The notes beneath the pieces were generated by a model. The model was not told where the DNA came from, searched no databases, and was given only the letters and a program-made list of their open reading frames with translations. Below, in pieces: positions 1 through 12,956 of a stretch of DNA of 64,000 bases. The translations under genes and the position numbers were made by a program. The first letter of the stretch is position 1. Each line of letters begins with the position of its first letter. The DNA is from Octopus vulgaris (Eukaryota), in assembly GCA_951406725.2 (NCBI GenBank), contig OX597814.1, positions 104,036,001 through 104,100,000 on the forward strand, in the 5' to 3' direction.

Positions 1-44
1 TGATATACTTAAATCATACCATATATACATATATACATATTTAC

Positions 45-128
<84 letters not shown>

Positions 129-224
129 AGTATATATATGGGGGGGATTTAGAAATGCAGTATTTCTAATGTTATATATATATCCTATTAATAAAATAGA
201 TGGAAGGAGAAAAGAATTTATTGG

Positions 225-266
225 GTACGATGCATGTTTCAACCCGTTCTGGGTCTCTTCGGGTAC
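225..266 (-). ncRNA. Degenerate minimal type I hammerhead ribozyme motif (Penelope pLTR-type)
   Basis: Minus strand reads GTAC-CCGAAGA-GACCC agaac GGGTT-GAAAC-ATGC-ATC-GTAC. Stems I and II pair. Core has U4->C. CATGCA is what CpG decay of CGCGCG would give. Confidence 0.6.
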
Positions 267-567
267 ATCAATAAAAAGTTTTACGAGAGATTTTCTAATT
301 CGGTTTTATGTATCGCTATATGTCCATTAACTTTGAGAGGAAGTAAAAAACAGAGAAAAAATTAAAATGCAAAAACTTTAAATATGAACGTGAAAATTAT
401 ACATTCTAGTTTAGAGAACATGACGTAATGGGCCTTCACTGTTGTAACTGTTAAGAGAAAGAAAAGGAAGTAGAAGTTGAAAGGAAAATAATAGATGAAA
501 ATTCCTTTTGTGCTTGTGCTTAGACATGATATATATATATAAATAAAAATATATATATATATATATT

Positions 568-1375
568 ATCATCATCATCATCTTTTAATATCTGCTCTCC
601 ATGGGTTGGACGGTTTGACTGAGGCCTGGAAAGCCAGTGGCTGTACCAGGCTCCAATCTGATCTGGCAGTGTTTCTACAGCTGGGTGCCTTTTATAATGC
701 CTACCATTCCAAGAGTGTAGCAGGTGCTTTTTATGTCACACCAGCCCCAGAGCCAGTCGGTGGGGGACTGGCATCAACCATGTTAAGATGGTGCATTTTA
801 TGTGCCACTGGCACGGGGAGCCATTCAAACAGTACTGGCATCGACTCACACTTGAATGGTACTGTAACAGGATCTGGAATCGGTATCACTGAAGGGGTGA
901 TTGATCCGATCCCGTCACATTCAATTTAGTTAGATATAACAGACGAAGTCAGGTTATCTTGGAAAGACAGCAGTGTTGTTTATTACTCGTGATGGTGTAC
1001 GTATTTCTGAAGGGAAAACGACAGCCGAATCTGTTGTACAGCTTCTTGTTGGTTGGTTGAAGTGATTCGATGTCGTCCGCGGCTAAGTCGGTGTAGTTAT
1101 CAGAGACTACCAAATGCACGTCTGTTCACGAGGGCTGAAAATGGCCAGAGAGAGTGATTGAGTTATTTGTGCCTTAGGAGTCAGTTTCCCGCACATGCGC
1201 ATGGGGAAGACTTCCGGTGGCCACCCGGAAGTAGTCCCATTCTGCGCATGCACGCTGAACCTTACACAGTAGCATCACTACAGTACTTATTACGTGCCAC
1301 CAGCATGGGTGCCAGTCAAGCGGCACTGGCATTGGCCGCAACTACAATTTCCATTTTGATTTTGTTGCACTCAGT
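568..1375 (-). mobile_element. RTE-LINE 3'UTR-derived repeat with (GAT)n tail, interrupted by a solo LTR
   Basis: (CAT)n start, then a diverged CTGGATGCCCTTCC-type core and GTGCCACYGGCAC units shared with many copies in the window. Confidence 0.75.
863..1282 (-). mobile_element. Solo LTR (420 bp, gypsy-like)
   Basis: TGTAA...CTACA termini and 4-bp TSD GTAC (859-862, 1283-1286). The host repeat resumes seamlessly across it. AATAAA on the minus strand near 980. Confidence 0.75.
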
Positions 1376-1450
1376 CCACTCTACAGGGTGGTTGGTGTTA
1401 GGAAGGGCATCCAACCATAAAAACCAAAAAGGACACAGAAACTTGGTGTA

Positions 1451-1685
1451 AACAAAGGCAGCGAGCTGGCAGAATCGTTAGCACACCGGGTAAAATACTT
1501 AGCGGTATTTCGTCTGCTGTTACGTTCTGAGTTCAAATTCTGCCGAGGTTGACTTTGCCTTTCATCCTTTCGGGGTCGATAAATTAAGTACCAGTTATGC
1601 ACTGGGGTCGATGAATCAAATTAATCCTTTGTCTGTCCTTGTTTGTCCCCTCTATGTTTAGCCCCTTGTGGGCAGTAAAGAAATA
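1451..1685 (+). mobile_element. tRNA-derived SINE family B
   Basis: A-box-like CTGGCAGAATCG and B-box GAGTTCAAATTC. 14-bp TSD AGAAACYTGGTGTA (1437-1450, 1686-1699). About nine copies in the window. Confidence 0.85.
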
Positions 1686-1814
1686 AGAAACCTGGTGTAG
1701 TCTTCTGCCTGGCCGCCCCTTGTCAAACCGTCCAACTCAAGTCAGCATAGAAAAGATTGACATTAAATGATGATTATGATGATGATGATGATATATACAT
1801 TTACATACAAGCAC

Positions 1815-1983
1815 CCACTACACTCACGGAGTGGTTGGCATTAGGAAGGGCATCCAGCCGTAGAAACACTGCCAGATCTGACTGGGCCTGATGAATCCTT
1901 CCAGCTTCACAGACCCCAGTTGAACCGTCCAACCCATGCTAGCATGGAAAACGGACGCTAAATGATGATGATGATGATGATGA
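1815..1983 (+). mobile_element. RTE-LINE 3' tail copy
   Basis: GTGGTTGGCATTAGGAAGGGCATCCAGC core, CATGGAAAACGGACG, (GAT)n tail. Confidence 0.8.
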
Positions 1984-2115
1984 TACACACACACACACAT
2001 GTTTATACATACCAACCTCTTATCCCACTCCCTCTCTATCTCCTCTCCTGATTCCCCCCTCCCACCAACCTTTGTTCTTCTGTTACCAATGGTTTCTTTT
2101 CTTCAACTCCTCCAT

Positions 2116-2548
2116 TGGCTGTGTGGTTAAAAAGGTGGCTTTCTCAACCACATGGTTCTGGGTTAATTCCCATTGCATGGCACCTTGGGCATGTGTCTTT
2201 TATTATACCTTTGAACTGACTAAAACCTTCCGAGTGGATTTGGTAAATAGAAACTGAAAGAAGCCCGTGTGTGTGTGTGTGCATGCGTGTTTCTCCTTCT
2301 TTTCACATCATGTCATATTTGTAAACAAACATCCCCATCATACAAGAGAGGTTGTTCATTTCCAATCTTCCGTGAAAATATTCCTAGCTATGGAGAAATA
2401 GTGCCTCACTTGGAAACAGGTGATGCTTGGTGATAGGCGAGGCATCCAGCGATAGAAAATCTGCCTCAGTGAATTCCATCTAACCCATGTAAGCATGGAA
2501 AAATGGATGTTAAATTGATGATGAGGGTGATGATGATGATGGTGATGA
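2116..2548 (+). mobile_element. tRNA-derived SINE family A head joined to an RTE-type tail
   Basis: GGCTGTGTGG...GGCACCTTGGGCA...GAAACTGAAAGAAGCCCG head, (TG)n, then GGCATCCAGC core and (GAT)n tail. A similar diverged composite lies near 20700-20980. Confidence 0.7.
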
Positions 2549-3605
2549 TTGGTGAGTCTTTCTACTTTTATGGCAACCCCTTTTGTGCTGGTGCCACAAT
2601 AATTCTACTGACCAAATAAGGATGTAGGGTGAAGGAGATCTTTTAGAGTTGCCTGGGACATAGCAATGCTCCTCCAGTGCCAGTACCCTTATAAGGTACA
2701 CTCAGTGAAGTGGTTGGTGTTAGATACAGCATCCTGCTGTGGAGATACGAATCAAAAAAGAAAGGAAGCTTATGAGTGAAATGTGGTTCTCCAAGCTGTC
2801 TTGGAGAAAAATATGTTTAACTGATGCCAGAATGGAAAGGGAGTCTGAAGCAATAAGGAAGATGATGATAGATGTAGATGTGTGTGTGTGTGTGTGTTTG
2901 ATCAGGTCAAACAACATCCTCCATTTTCTACAGAAATCCAAGCGACACAACTTATGGTTGATTTGTCTTTTCTTCTTCAAGAAGGTTTTGGTTTGTTTTG
3001 TTTGTTGTCAGTAAAAATGTCAGCAGTGATAGAAAAGGAAGAATAAAATGGAGAATGAAAAGAAAGAAGAGAAAGAAGGAGATGGAAGAGGGTGGGAGAG
3101 AAGAGGAAGAAAAATTGATGATAAATGAAGAGAATTGGGTCTCCATTCCAATTTGCTTCCAACATTTCTTTATGAGAATTGGTCTCCCTTCAGGGAATTT
3201 ATTACATGGCAGTCACAACCACATTCCTGTTGCAGGAACATGAGAAATGGTAGCAGTGATGACAACTTACAGAAAACCTGCAATGACGATTCTAACATTG
3301 ACTCAAGAATTGGTGCTGCATACATTCCATTTACCATTTTTATTGCTTCAGACTAATGACATGTCACTAATGCAATCAATAAATCATCATCATCGTCATC
3401 ATAGTCGTCATCATCGTCGTCATTTAACATCCATGTTCCATACATATTAAATGACAATGCTATACACAGACACACATACGTATATAGGTTTCAAAATTAC
3501 CCCCCGCCCAAAGAAAAATACCAAATGTAAAGCAAAAAATACAAACACAGGTGAGGAAAAAACAAATGAGGTGGATTAGTTTCACATGCAGGAAAAATGG
3601 AAGAG

Positions 3606-3644
3606 TCTTTGATGTTTCGAGCCTATATTCTTCGACAGAAAGGA
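3606..3644 (-). ncRNA. Atypical minimal hammerhead-like motif in a dispersed repeat
   Basis: Minus strand CTTT-CTGTCGAA-GAAT ATAG GCTC-GAAAC-ATC-AAAG. Related copies at 12133-12162, 22671-22713 and 38972-39010. Confidence 0.4.
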
Positions 3645-3739
3645 TTGAGGAGGGAAAACAGATGGAAACGGAGAGAAAAAAATAACGTCTGGATAACTGT
3701 TGCGCATGTTCAATTGACCAGAAAGAAGAAAACGGCTGG

Positions 3740-3789
<50 letters not shown>

Positions 3790-3804
3790 ATATCTATCTA
3801 TCTA

Positions 3805-3877
<73 letters not shown>

Positions 3878-3879
<2 letters not shown>

Positions 3880-4655
3880 TCATCGTCATCATCATTTAAC
3901 GTCTGCTTTCCATGCTAGCATTGGTTGGACGATTTGACTGACGACTGGTGAACCAGATGGCTGCTTCAGGCTCTATCTAATCTGGCAGAGTTTCTACACG
4001 TGGATGCCCTTCCTAACGCCAACCACTCTGAGAGTTTAGTGGGTGCTTTTAAAGTGCCACCGGCACGAGGGCCAGTCTGGCAGTACTGGCAACGGCCATG
4101 CTTGAAAATGGTGTTTTTTACATTCCACTTGCACAGGAGTCAGTCCAGTAGCACTGGCAATGACCTCACTTGAATGTTTTGTTCACGTGCCACCAGCACA
4201 AGTGCCAGTGGGGCAACACTGACAATGATCATACACAAATTGTGCACTTTACATGCCAGACAGCTGCGATCCTGCTTGGATGGAACTGTTAGTGTTCCAC
4301 TGGCATGGGTGCCAGTCATCAAATTTGGTTCAATTTCAATTTCACTTGGCCCAACAGGTCTTCGCAAGCAGAGTTTAGTGTCCAATGAAGGGAGGTTGGC
4401 ATGGGTGCCAGCCGTCGAATTTGGTTCGATTTTGAATTCAATTTCGATTTCACTTGCCTCAACAGGTCTTTGCAAGCAGAGTTTTGTGTCCAAAGAAGGA
4501 AAGGTATGCATAAGTGGGCTGGGTACATCCTGGTAAAGGCCATGGGTTATGGTCTCACTTGTCCTTCTGGGTCTTCTCACGCACAGCATATATCTAAAGG
4601 TCTTGGTCGCTAGTCATTGCCTCAGTGAGGCCTAATGTTCGAAGATCATGCTTGA
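3878..4655 (-). mobile_element. RTE-clade LINE 3' end (ORF C-terminus, 3'UTR, (GAT)n tail)
   Basis: 4560-4655 matches the DLRTLGLTEAM...LWRYAV ORF end seen at 55622-55865 and is followed by the UTR units and tail. Confidence 0.8.
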
Positions 4656-4657
4656 AG

Positions 4658-4696
<39 letters not shown>

Positions 4697-4764
4697 GAGA
4701 ATTCACAAAAAAACAAGATGAAGACAGGTGGTGTAGACAACAAACAGATGTATTAGTATAACTC

Positions 4765-5103
4765 TTGGATGGTTCACTTGCAGTTTGTGACACTGCAAAG
4801 AAAGAGACATGGCAGTGTCACTATGAAAGGCTGCTAGATGTAGAGAACTCATGGCAGAAGGAGAGTTTACCCAATGTGGATCCAGCAGAGGGATATCAGC
4901 AATCCAAATAGACAGTAACTTTGTAGAGAAAGTCACATGAAAGATATGAAGGTGAGGAAAGCCCCTGGCTCATCAGAAATAACCACTGAGATGCTTAAAA
5001 TATCTGGTGGTGTTGGTTATGGTCTAGTCATCCGTATACTTAATTGGGTGGTACAGAAAGGGGTCATTCCCAATGACTGGTGTAGCAGCACCATAGTCAA
5101 CTG
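4765..5103 (+). mobile_element. RTE LINE internal ORF fragment (pre-RT region)
   Basis: MKVRKAPGSSEITTEMLK...VIPNDWCSSTIVNC fits the non-LTR KAPG.DGI..E and IP.DW motifs. Confidence 0.8.
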
Positions 5104-5207
5104 CTGCTGCTGCTGCTTCTTCTTCTTCTTCTTCTTCTTCTTCTTCTTCTTCTTCTTCTTCTTCTTCTTCTTCTTCTTCTTCTTCTTCTTCTTCTTCTTC
5201 TTCTTCT
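5101..5207. repeat. (CTG)n + (CTT)n trinucleotide microsatellite
   Basis: About 30 perfect CTT units following 5 CTG units. Confidence 0.95.
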
Positions 5208-5872
5208 TTGTTAGGTGGTATGATTTCTTGTTTGTATTTGTCAGCTTCCTTAAATAATGAGAACAATTTTTTGTTTTGCTCCTGTTTTGTCGCTATTTGT
5301 ATCAGTTTTCCTTGCTTCTGAAGTAGATATTTTTGCAGTCCTATGGTGGTTATTTTATAATAGTTTTCCAGCTGTATAAGGCATCTACCACCTTCAATAC
5401 GTTGTATATATAACCTTTCTATGTCAGCTTTTGGATGGTGCATCCTAAATCCTGTCATTATTTTTCTTGTTTTCCTGTCTATTTTCGTTAGTTCATTTAG
5501 TGCCCAGTTAAGGATATTGTAGTTGTTACTTATAACTGGGACAGCTAGAGTGGTGATACCTATAATCTTGTTTTACGCATTGAGCTCTGTTTTCAGCATT
5601 GATCTAACTTGTATATAGTATTCTTTCTTTATTTTCTCTTTCATTTGTATGTGTTGTATCGTATCTAGTTCATTGATTCCTAAATATTCGTGTGTCTGGC
5701 TTTGGTCTAATTCTCTTATTTCATTTGCTTTATCTAGTGTGATGTTACTACTCTTAACTAGTTTTCCTCTTTTCAGGATTGCTTTAGTACATTTTTCTAA
5801 GCCAAATTTCATATTTATTTCTTTGGTAAATCCATGTACTGTCTGTAGTAGTGTTTCCAGCTGTTTGTTATA
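5208..5872 (-). mobile_element. R4/Dong-clade non-LTR retrotransposon fragment (RT C-terminus/thumb)
   Basis: MKFGLEKC, EYLGI, KTELNA*NKI and MHHPKADIERLY..R..GGR.L in one frame with a single stop at 5573-5575. Confidence 0.8.
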
Positions 5873-6264
5873 AACTTTCATTATCAGACACAAGATTCCC
5901 TCCTCCTCCAATGCCCCTCCTCTCTCAGAGGTTCCTTGTCTTGCAAAGTCACTTGGTGACCCTACCAGTGCTGGTACCATTTAAAACACATCCAGTCCAC
6001 ACTGTAAAGTGGTTGGCATTTGGAAGAGCATCCAGCTGCAAAGACCATGCCTAAACTGACCTCGTCTGTGCAAGTGCCACATAAAAAGCACTCAGCCCAC
6101 ACTACAGAATGGTTAGTGTTAGGAAGGGCATCCAGCTGTAGAAAAAACCATGCTGAAATAGACACAGAAGCATGATGGCAGTGACTCCTGCCTGGCCATC
6201 TCTTGTCAAGCTGTCCAATCCATGCCAGCATGGAAGGAGGATGTTAAATGATGATGATGATGAT
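5873..6264 (+). mobile_element. RTE 3'UTR-derived repeat, subfamily with duplicated core
   Basis: Two tandem GCATCCAGC cores and a (GAT)n tail. Close inverted relatives at 11651-11935 and 32875-33260. Confidence 0.8.
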
Positions 6265-6977
6265 GTATGTATACGCACTCACACACACACACACATACAC
6301 ACGTAAAATGTGAGTGTAAAACTTTTCCTCTCCTCCTCCTCCTCATCATCATCATCATCATCACCATCATCATCATCACCATCATCATCATCAACAACTT
6401 ACTAGAAACAAGAAGTTAGTACTAACTGTAGCTAACATCCCCACCCTGCTTCCTTCTTTGTATGGGGAGGGGGTGAGGGATTCATTTTCTTTTCTATTTT
6501 TTGTTTTTGTTCACAAAATGAAAGAATTCCATAAAATCTCGACTAACCAACTGACTTATCTCTCCATTTTCTGAGATTGTCAAAAAACAAGCTAAATGTC
6601 AAGAATCTTGTAGAAAGAGGGAAATGGTTTCAATTAGGCAAATTGCTCGTTATCTTCTCACTTGTAGGTATTACTTAACATTAGTTGTTTATTAGTCTTT
6701 ATCTTCATCATTAGATGTTGCGCTTGTTATTGTTCTTGTTGATGTTGTCATCTTCAACGCCTCCTCTTTCTTATTCTTCCTCCTCCTCCACCTCATCACT
6801 ATCATCATTATTATCATCATCAACATTGTGTTATATGACTAGAAGAAAAGTACAAAATAACCACTGTAAGAGTACATTAGTACACACACACTCACACACC
6901 TTGTATTTGTATAAATATTTGAATACTTTCACATATTCTCAGCAGTGCCAGGAATAAAATATAAAAATTAACTTCCA

Positions 6978-7518
6978 TCTATAATAATAAAAGCAAAATT
7001 CTGTCTGTCCGTCTGGGAAACCCCTTATCTCAGTCTATGTTTCCTCTATGTAGACATATTATACCTTTCTGGAATCAGAATGTTCCCAGGATTGAAAATC
7101 TGCCCTTCATTTGGTTCTTCAACATCCAGCATTGGGATCTGATTTAAAAGCATTTGGGTTGCTATTTCTAGTGGGTTGGCTGATTTATACCATTTTGGTG
7201 GCATTTGTCAGATGATGTCAGAGATGAAGGGAGAGATAAATGACATTTGCTTTGTTAATTTTATGTTGAGATAAGAATTCTGGGACAAATTGACCAACAG
7301 TTGGAATTCACCTTGGGACTAGAACAATAGAGTGATTGCATTACAGAACTCATTCTCATCCACCCTTAACCTCTGATCAAACACCACCAGGCCATATGGT
7401 AATTATTGACGTATTATAGTCATGCTATTTAGCTGTCTTTAGTTTTGAGCCACAGGACCAATTAGCCCTCCGCAGGAGCTGGCTTAAAAGTCTGCACAGA
7501 GTGAAGCTTTTAAGCTAG
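6978..7518 (+). mobile_element. Non-autonomous Helitron-like element
   Basis: Starts a|TCTATAATAATAAAAG and ends CTAG|t, with a terminal hairpin (7479-7490 pairs with 7507-7518). A/T insertion site, no TSD. Confidence 0.65.
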
Positions 7519-8397
7519 TTTATGATGATAACCAATTATTAATTTTTTACCATAATTATTGCATTTCTAAGTCAATGTAAAATAGATTCCTGGTACCTGT
7601 GAGAAAACACTCAAATATTGGAACATTTGCGTGTGTGTGTGTGTATGACTACTTCAAATTTAGCTTATATTTTTTCATATATATTGTGTTACACACATCT
7701 ATCTCTCCATCCCCACCTCCCAGCCATTCTACTATCTCAAAATATCTCCCTTCACACTCTTATGAAACATCCCTCTTTATCCCTTCTCTGCTACTTATAT
7801 TCCCCACCATTGTTCCCAATAGTTAGGCCACTCCCCCTCTCTCTCTCTGTTTATCTCTCTCACCTCTCTTCCCTTCCTTATCCTGCTTGGGTAGCCAAGT
7901 ATTTCCTCTGTAGCAAGACAGCTATACTTGTCCCTCTATCATATTCGCCTGGCACACAGTTGCACCCACTCTTGCAGCTGACAGGTCCTTGTCTTGCAAA
8001 CTGCTTGGTGACCTCTTTGGTGCTGGTGCCACGTAAAAAGCACCCAATACATTACATAAAGTGGTTGGCTTTACCACCGAATAGTCACAAATCCATTACA
8101 GACAATGTAGTGGATTTGTGACTTTTCGGTGGTACAGAAGTATTTTTTGACTTCTATAATTAGCGATATAGGTACTCATGTAGTACCCTTGTGTATATAT
8201 GTACATATTTGGTATTGTATGTATATATTTTATTAATTTGCCTGTATGGCTAATAATTCGCTTGCCACTTGTGATGGTATTTTAATAATACTATCCCAAT
8301 ATTTATTTATTTATATATGTGTGTGTGTGTGTGTGTCCTATGAGTTAACTTGGGATCCCTTGACAGCAATGTAACTTTCATTTAACCGAGGTATCTT

Positions 8398-8483
8398 CAG
8401 CCTGATAAGTAGCTAGTGAAGTACCCCTCATTGAGTAATTATTACTTCCGAGATTCTGTTAGCTAGAAACATATGTAGCCTGG
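8398..8483 (+). ncRNA. Degenerate type I hammerhead motif with long stem II
   Basis: CAGC-CTGATAA-G-TAGCTAG...TTAGCTA-GAAAC-ATAT-GTA-GCCTG. Core has G8->A. Downstream sequence has an inverted homologue at about 49700-49905. Confidence 0.6.
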
Positions 8484-9624
8484 ATTTTACCTGCACCATT
8501 CCCTTATTTGGGATTTTTATTGGCATACATAGCAACCCCAGCTGCTAATTGAGCACTATAAAATAACTTTTTATCAGTTTATCAAACTTTGATATGGGAA
8601 AACTTTTCAACCTTTTATGCCACATAAACTATTGTTCTTCAAAGTTGGTTTTTATCCCTTCTACAGACTGCTTGAAGCTTACTGACTTCCTGCAACTGGA
8701 TCCTTGGATTTTACCTTTACATATCATTATATATTTATATATAACATCAATAATGCACATATTGCGGTATATAATATCAATAAAATGTTTCCATATGTAT
8801 CGTACTAGCTGAGTAACCCATCATTACTGGGTAATTTTCACAATAAAATGTCTTGGTGCACTTTTGGAATATCATACCTACATAAGTTGGATTCTCTTCA
8901 TTTTGACAGGGATTTTTCAAATTTTTTTGGTCACCATATCCTGGCAAATGATGAAGGAAGTGCTTCTTATGAAAAATAATTTTTGAAAATTCATGAATGT
9001 TTTTTCAACCCTCCCCCACTCAGTCCCAATTTTGTCCAATTGTTGCACCATACCCTTAAAAATGATGGAAGAAGCCTTGTCAGTTTGAAAAAAAGAATGG
9101 GGGAAATTACAACCTTCACTTCTTTTATTTTCAAACAGAAAATGAAATGAAATTTAAAAACAATAATAGCATTTTTTTAAATGTTTTTATTAACTGACCT
9201 CTAAAATATTTTAAATCATAGTTTTTAAACATGGACAGTTTGAATCTGCAATTTGTTTGTGTTTGCAATTTCAAAATAATTTTCAACTAAGATGAGTTAA
9301 GGGAGATTTAGCTGTTGTTTTTAGGATATCCTATGACCACCTGGTACCTTCCTAGTTTCTTTGTCACTTTGGCATGCATTGATGTTTTTCAATATTTTTC
9401 CCCTCATAAACACATTTTATGGAATGATGATGCGGTGGTCCATTACTGGGATAAGCAACAACAAAAAAATATGTTACTTACATTTTTACCCCACCCAGCA
9501 TCAAATGAACCTGTGTAAGTGGGTGTGTAAGAAAAAGCATGTTTTCTTGCAGAAAAATATGCTATTAAAATAAATGATCTTTTACATACCTTTTCTTTAA
9601 ATCACTCTGTTGCCCTAATGAAAC

Positions 9625-10880
9625 TCCTTACTGGCACAGGAGCCAGAGGGGGCTGGCATCAACCATGATCAGATAGTGCTTTTTATGTGCCACCGGCATA
9701 GGGACCACAACTACAACTTCCATTTGATTGTGATTTGATTTAATTTTATTTTGATATTGATGTACTTGACTCAAGCAAGGCATGTCACCCTACGATTCAA
9801 GGTACTTTTTAAGTGGACTGGTTATGCAACACTGGTGTAGGTTACAGCTGTGATCTCACTTTATTTGCCGAGTCTTCGCAGTCACAGCATATCTCCAGAG
9901 TTCTTGGTCTTTTGTCATTGCCTCTGTGAGGCCCAATGTTTGAAGGTCATGCTTCACCCCCTCGTCCCATGTCTTCCTGGATCTACCTCTACCCCAGATT
10001 CCTTCCATTATTTGGGAGTGGCACTTCTTCACACAGCTCTCCTCATCTATCCATAGGACATAACCATACCAACACAAACGTTCTCTCTTGCACTACACAT
10101 CCAATGCTTCTTATGTCCAACATTTCTCTCAGGGCACTTACACTCTGTCGTGTGTACACACTGACATTACACATCCAGCTTTATCTACCAGGGTGCTGTC
10201 TATTCGGATTGCTGGTCCCTCTTTCTGGGTCAACATTTAGCAGGCTCTCTTACTCCCATTCATTCTCCACATTCATCAGTCTTTTATAATGGCATTTTCC
10301 AAACTGCTTTCTTTGCAGAGTCATTAAATGCAAGTGTGCCATCATCTATGTGGACACATTTCTCTCCTGTGACATCACAATTTTCTTTCACACACTGTCT
10401 TGCAATCTGAAATACTTCAGTCCTTTGGTCCTCATGTTGCTGGACATTGGTAAACTTCTTTTCTGCTTCTCCCTTGGCTATATATACCTGTTGCCCAGCC
10501 TCCCTTCTGGCTATATGGTACAGTTCACTGTTACCCCCATTCCAGGATTTCCAGGCCTGTTTCTTTGCTCTAATGGCTTTGTCTACCATATTTTTCCACC
10601 ACTACATTACTCTAGGTCTGGAAGGGACTTTGCACCATCCACAGACTTGGTCTGTGGTACTCAGTAAGCTGTCCCATAGGATTGGTCTCTTCTTAGCATC
10701 CTTCTAGCCTCAAGTCTAAAGTCACTAATGACTAGTCTATGCAGGGGAGTACATTCTTCAGCCGGGAGGGTCTTTGTATTTAAGATCAACCCTGCATCCT
10801 GCTGTCTGGTGAGGATGAAATCAATCTGGCTAGCAGAGTCCCCTGATTGATAGGTTATTAGGTGGCTGTCTGGCTTCCTG
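9625..10880 (-). mobile_element. Internally deleted RTE LINE
   Basis: APE end (ITYQSGDSASQIDFIL, HRLVISDF), linker ORF 10284-10589, C-terminus WYG.VL...GRSRKTWDE...LWRYAV, then 3'UTR units. Confidence 0.85.
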
Positions 10881-11618
10881 AAGTTAGTATTGCAGATAAA
10901 ACAGATAAAGTTGGTGTAGTTACTATTGATGCCAAACTAACACAGATTAGCATTTTGGTAGAACAGGTTGGGTCTCTCAGGTAAAAGGCAAAGGGAGAAG
11001 ACATGAAGAAGAGGGGTGAATATACCCAACAAGATGAAATGGAGAGTTTGCAGAAAGTTAGTAAGTTTGAAGGAAGGAAAGTCTTTGTGAATTCTCTTAG
11101 AGAGACAATGAGAAGATACCATTGAAAACAAGGAATTGGTGAGAATGTGTTGCAGGATTGTGGAATTGGTTTGGAAACAAACGATTGTTTCTTGAATAAT
11201 GTTTCTATTCTTTGTCCAGCCTGTTGTTGCCATTTGTAAGAATATCGTTTGAGTGAGGTGAATCTTTGCATTTCTTTGCTGTTTTCTTGAGGAATGAACT
11301 ATTTTTAGATTCTGGAGTGAAAACTCAACAGTTGTGATACAATGTCATCACCAGCGTTGTTGTCATCATTACTACCAGCACCAGCAGCAGCAGCAGCACC
11401 ACCACCACCACCACCAGAATCATCATCATCAACCACTTGTCAGTGCCACTTTCGTTCAAACAGTCTGCTAGACACCATATTGCTACTTGAAGCAATTCTT
11501 TCTCATCTCATCTACAAGAGACGTAATTCTAAGATCTGACCTCATCCCTTCTAACACTAACACACACTCGCATGTATGTGTACATACATATATGCGAATA
11601 TATATGCACATACATACA

Positions 11619-11652
<34 letters not shown>

Positions 11653-12295
11653 CATCATCATCATCCTCCTTCCATGGTCGCATGGATTGGACAGTTTGAC
11701 AGGAGATGGCCTGGCAGGAGCCTGCACCATACTTCTGTGTCTCTTTTGGCACAGTTTTACAGCTGGATGCCCTTCCTGGCACCAACTATTCAGTAGAGTG
11801 GGCTGAGTGCTTTTTGCATGACACTCGCACAGACAAGGTCAGTTTTGGCATGGTCTTTACTGCTGGATGCCCTTCCAGATGCCAATCACTTTACAGTGGG
11901 GACTGAGGGTGCTTTTTAAGTGGCACCGACACTAGCATATTCTTTTATTATTTTATTTGTTTCAGCCATGTGGCTGTGCTCATACTGGAGCACCACTGTG
12001 GTTTTGCACAGTTACTTATGATTATCACTTGGCTGATTTCATCAGGCTGGCAGGCAGGGGGCTTCACGCCACCACTCCCATATGTGCCTTTGTCCCAGCT
12101 GTTGGCTCAGGAGTTTGATTCTTATATATATATGAAGAGCATAGGAGCGAAACGTAAAAGACTTTCTCACCTTCCCAAGCGTCAAACTAATACACCTGTT
12201 TGTTGTTCATAGACCTGTCATTTTTTTTTCTGTAAATTTCAACTATATACATATATATGTGTGTGTGTGTGTGTGTGTACATGTATATAGATATA

Positions 12296-12730
12296 TCATC
12301 ATCATCATCATCACCGTTTAATGTCTGCTTTCCATGCTAGCATGGGTTGGATGATTTGACTGAGGGCTGGTGAACCAGATGGCTGCACCAGGCTCCAATC
12401 TGATCTGGCAGAGTTTCTACAGATTGATGCCTTTCCTAACGCCAACCACTCCGAGAGTGTAGTGGGTGCTTTTACGTGCCACTGGCACGAGGGCTAGTCA
12501 GGCGGTACTGGCAATAGCCATGCTTAAATGGTGTTTTTTACATGCCAGCTGCACAGGAGCCAGTCCAGTAGCACTGGCAATGACCTCACTCGAATGTTAT
12601 TTCACGTGCCAGTAAGGTGACACTGATAACGATCACACTCGAATGGTGCTTTTTATGTGCCACTGGTATGGAAGCCAGTTAGCTGCTCTGGCAATGATCA
12701 CACTCAGATGGTGCTCTTAGTGCTCCACTA

Positions 12731-12732
<2 letters not shown>
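12296..12732 (-). mobile_element. RTE 3'UTR-derived repeat with tandem internal units
   Basis: (CAT)n, core, and several GTGCCA..GGCAC units. Confidence 0.8.
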
Positions 12733-12770
<38 letters not shown>

Positions 12771-12956
12771 AAATATATATTTAGGGATGTTGGTATATAT
12801 ACAAACATTTATGTATATTTGCATATATACCTATACACCTTTATATGTACACATACACACATATGCATATATACATATACATAAGTATATGCGTATATAC
12901 ATACATGGCTACATGCATGCATATAGACATAGAGATACACATATACATACATACAC

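Noticed and set aside
3135-3356. Possible exon in unique sequence
   Set aside because: Competing weak splice interpretations on both strands and no recognisable protein.
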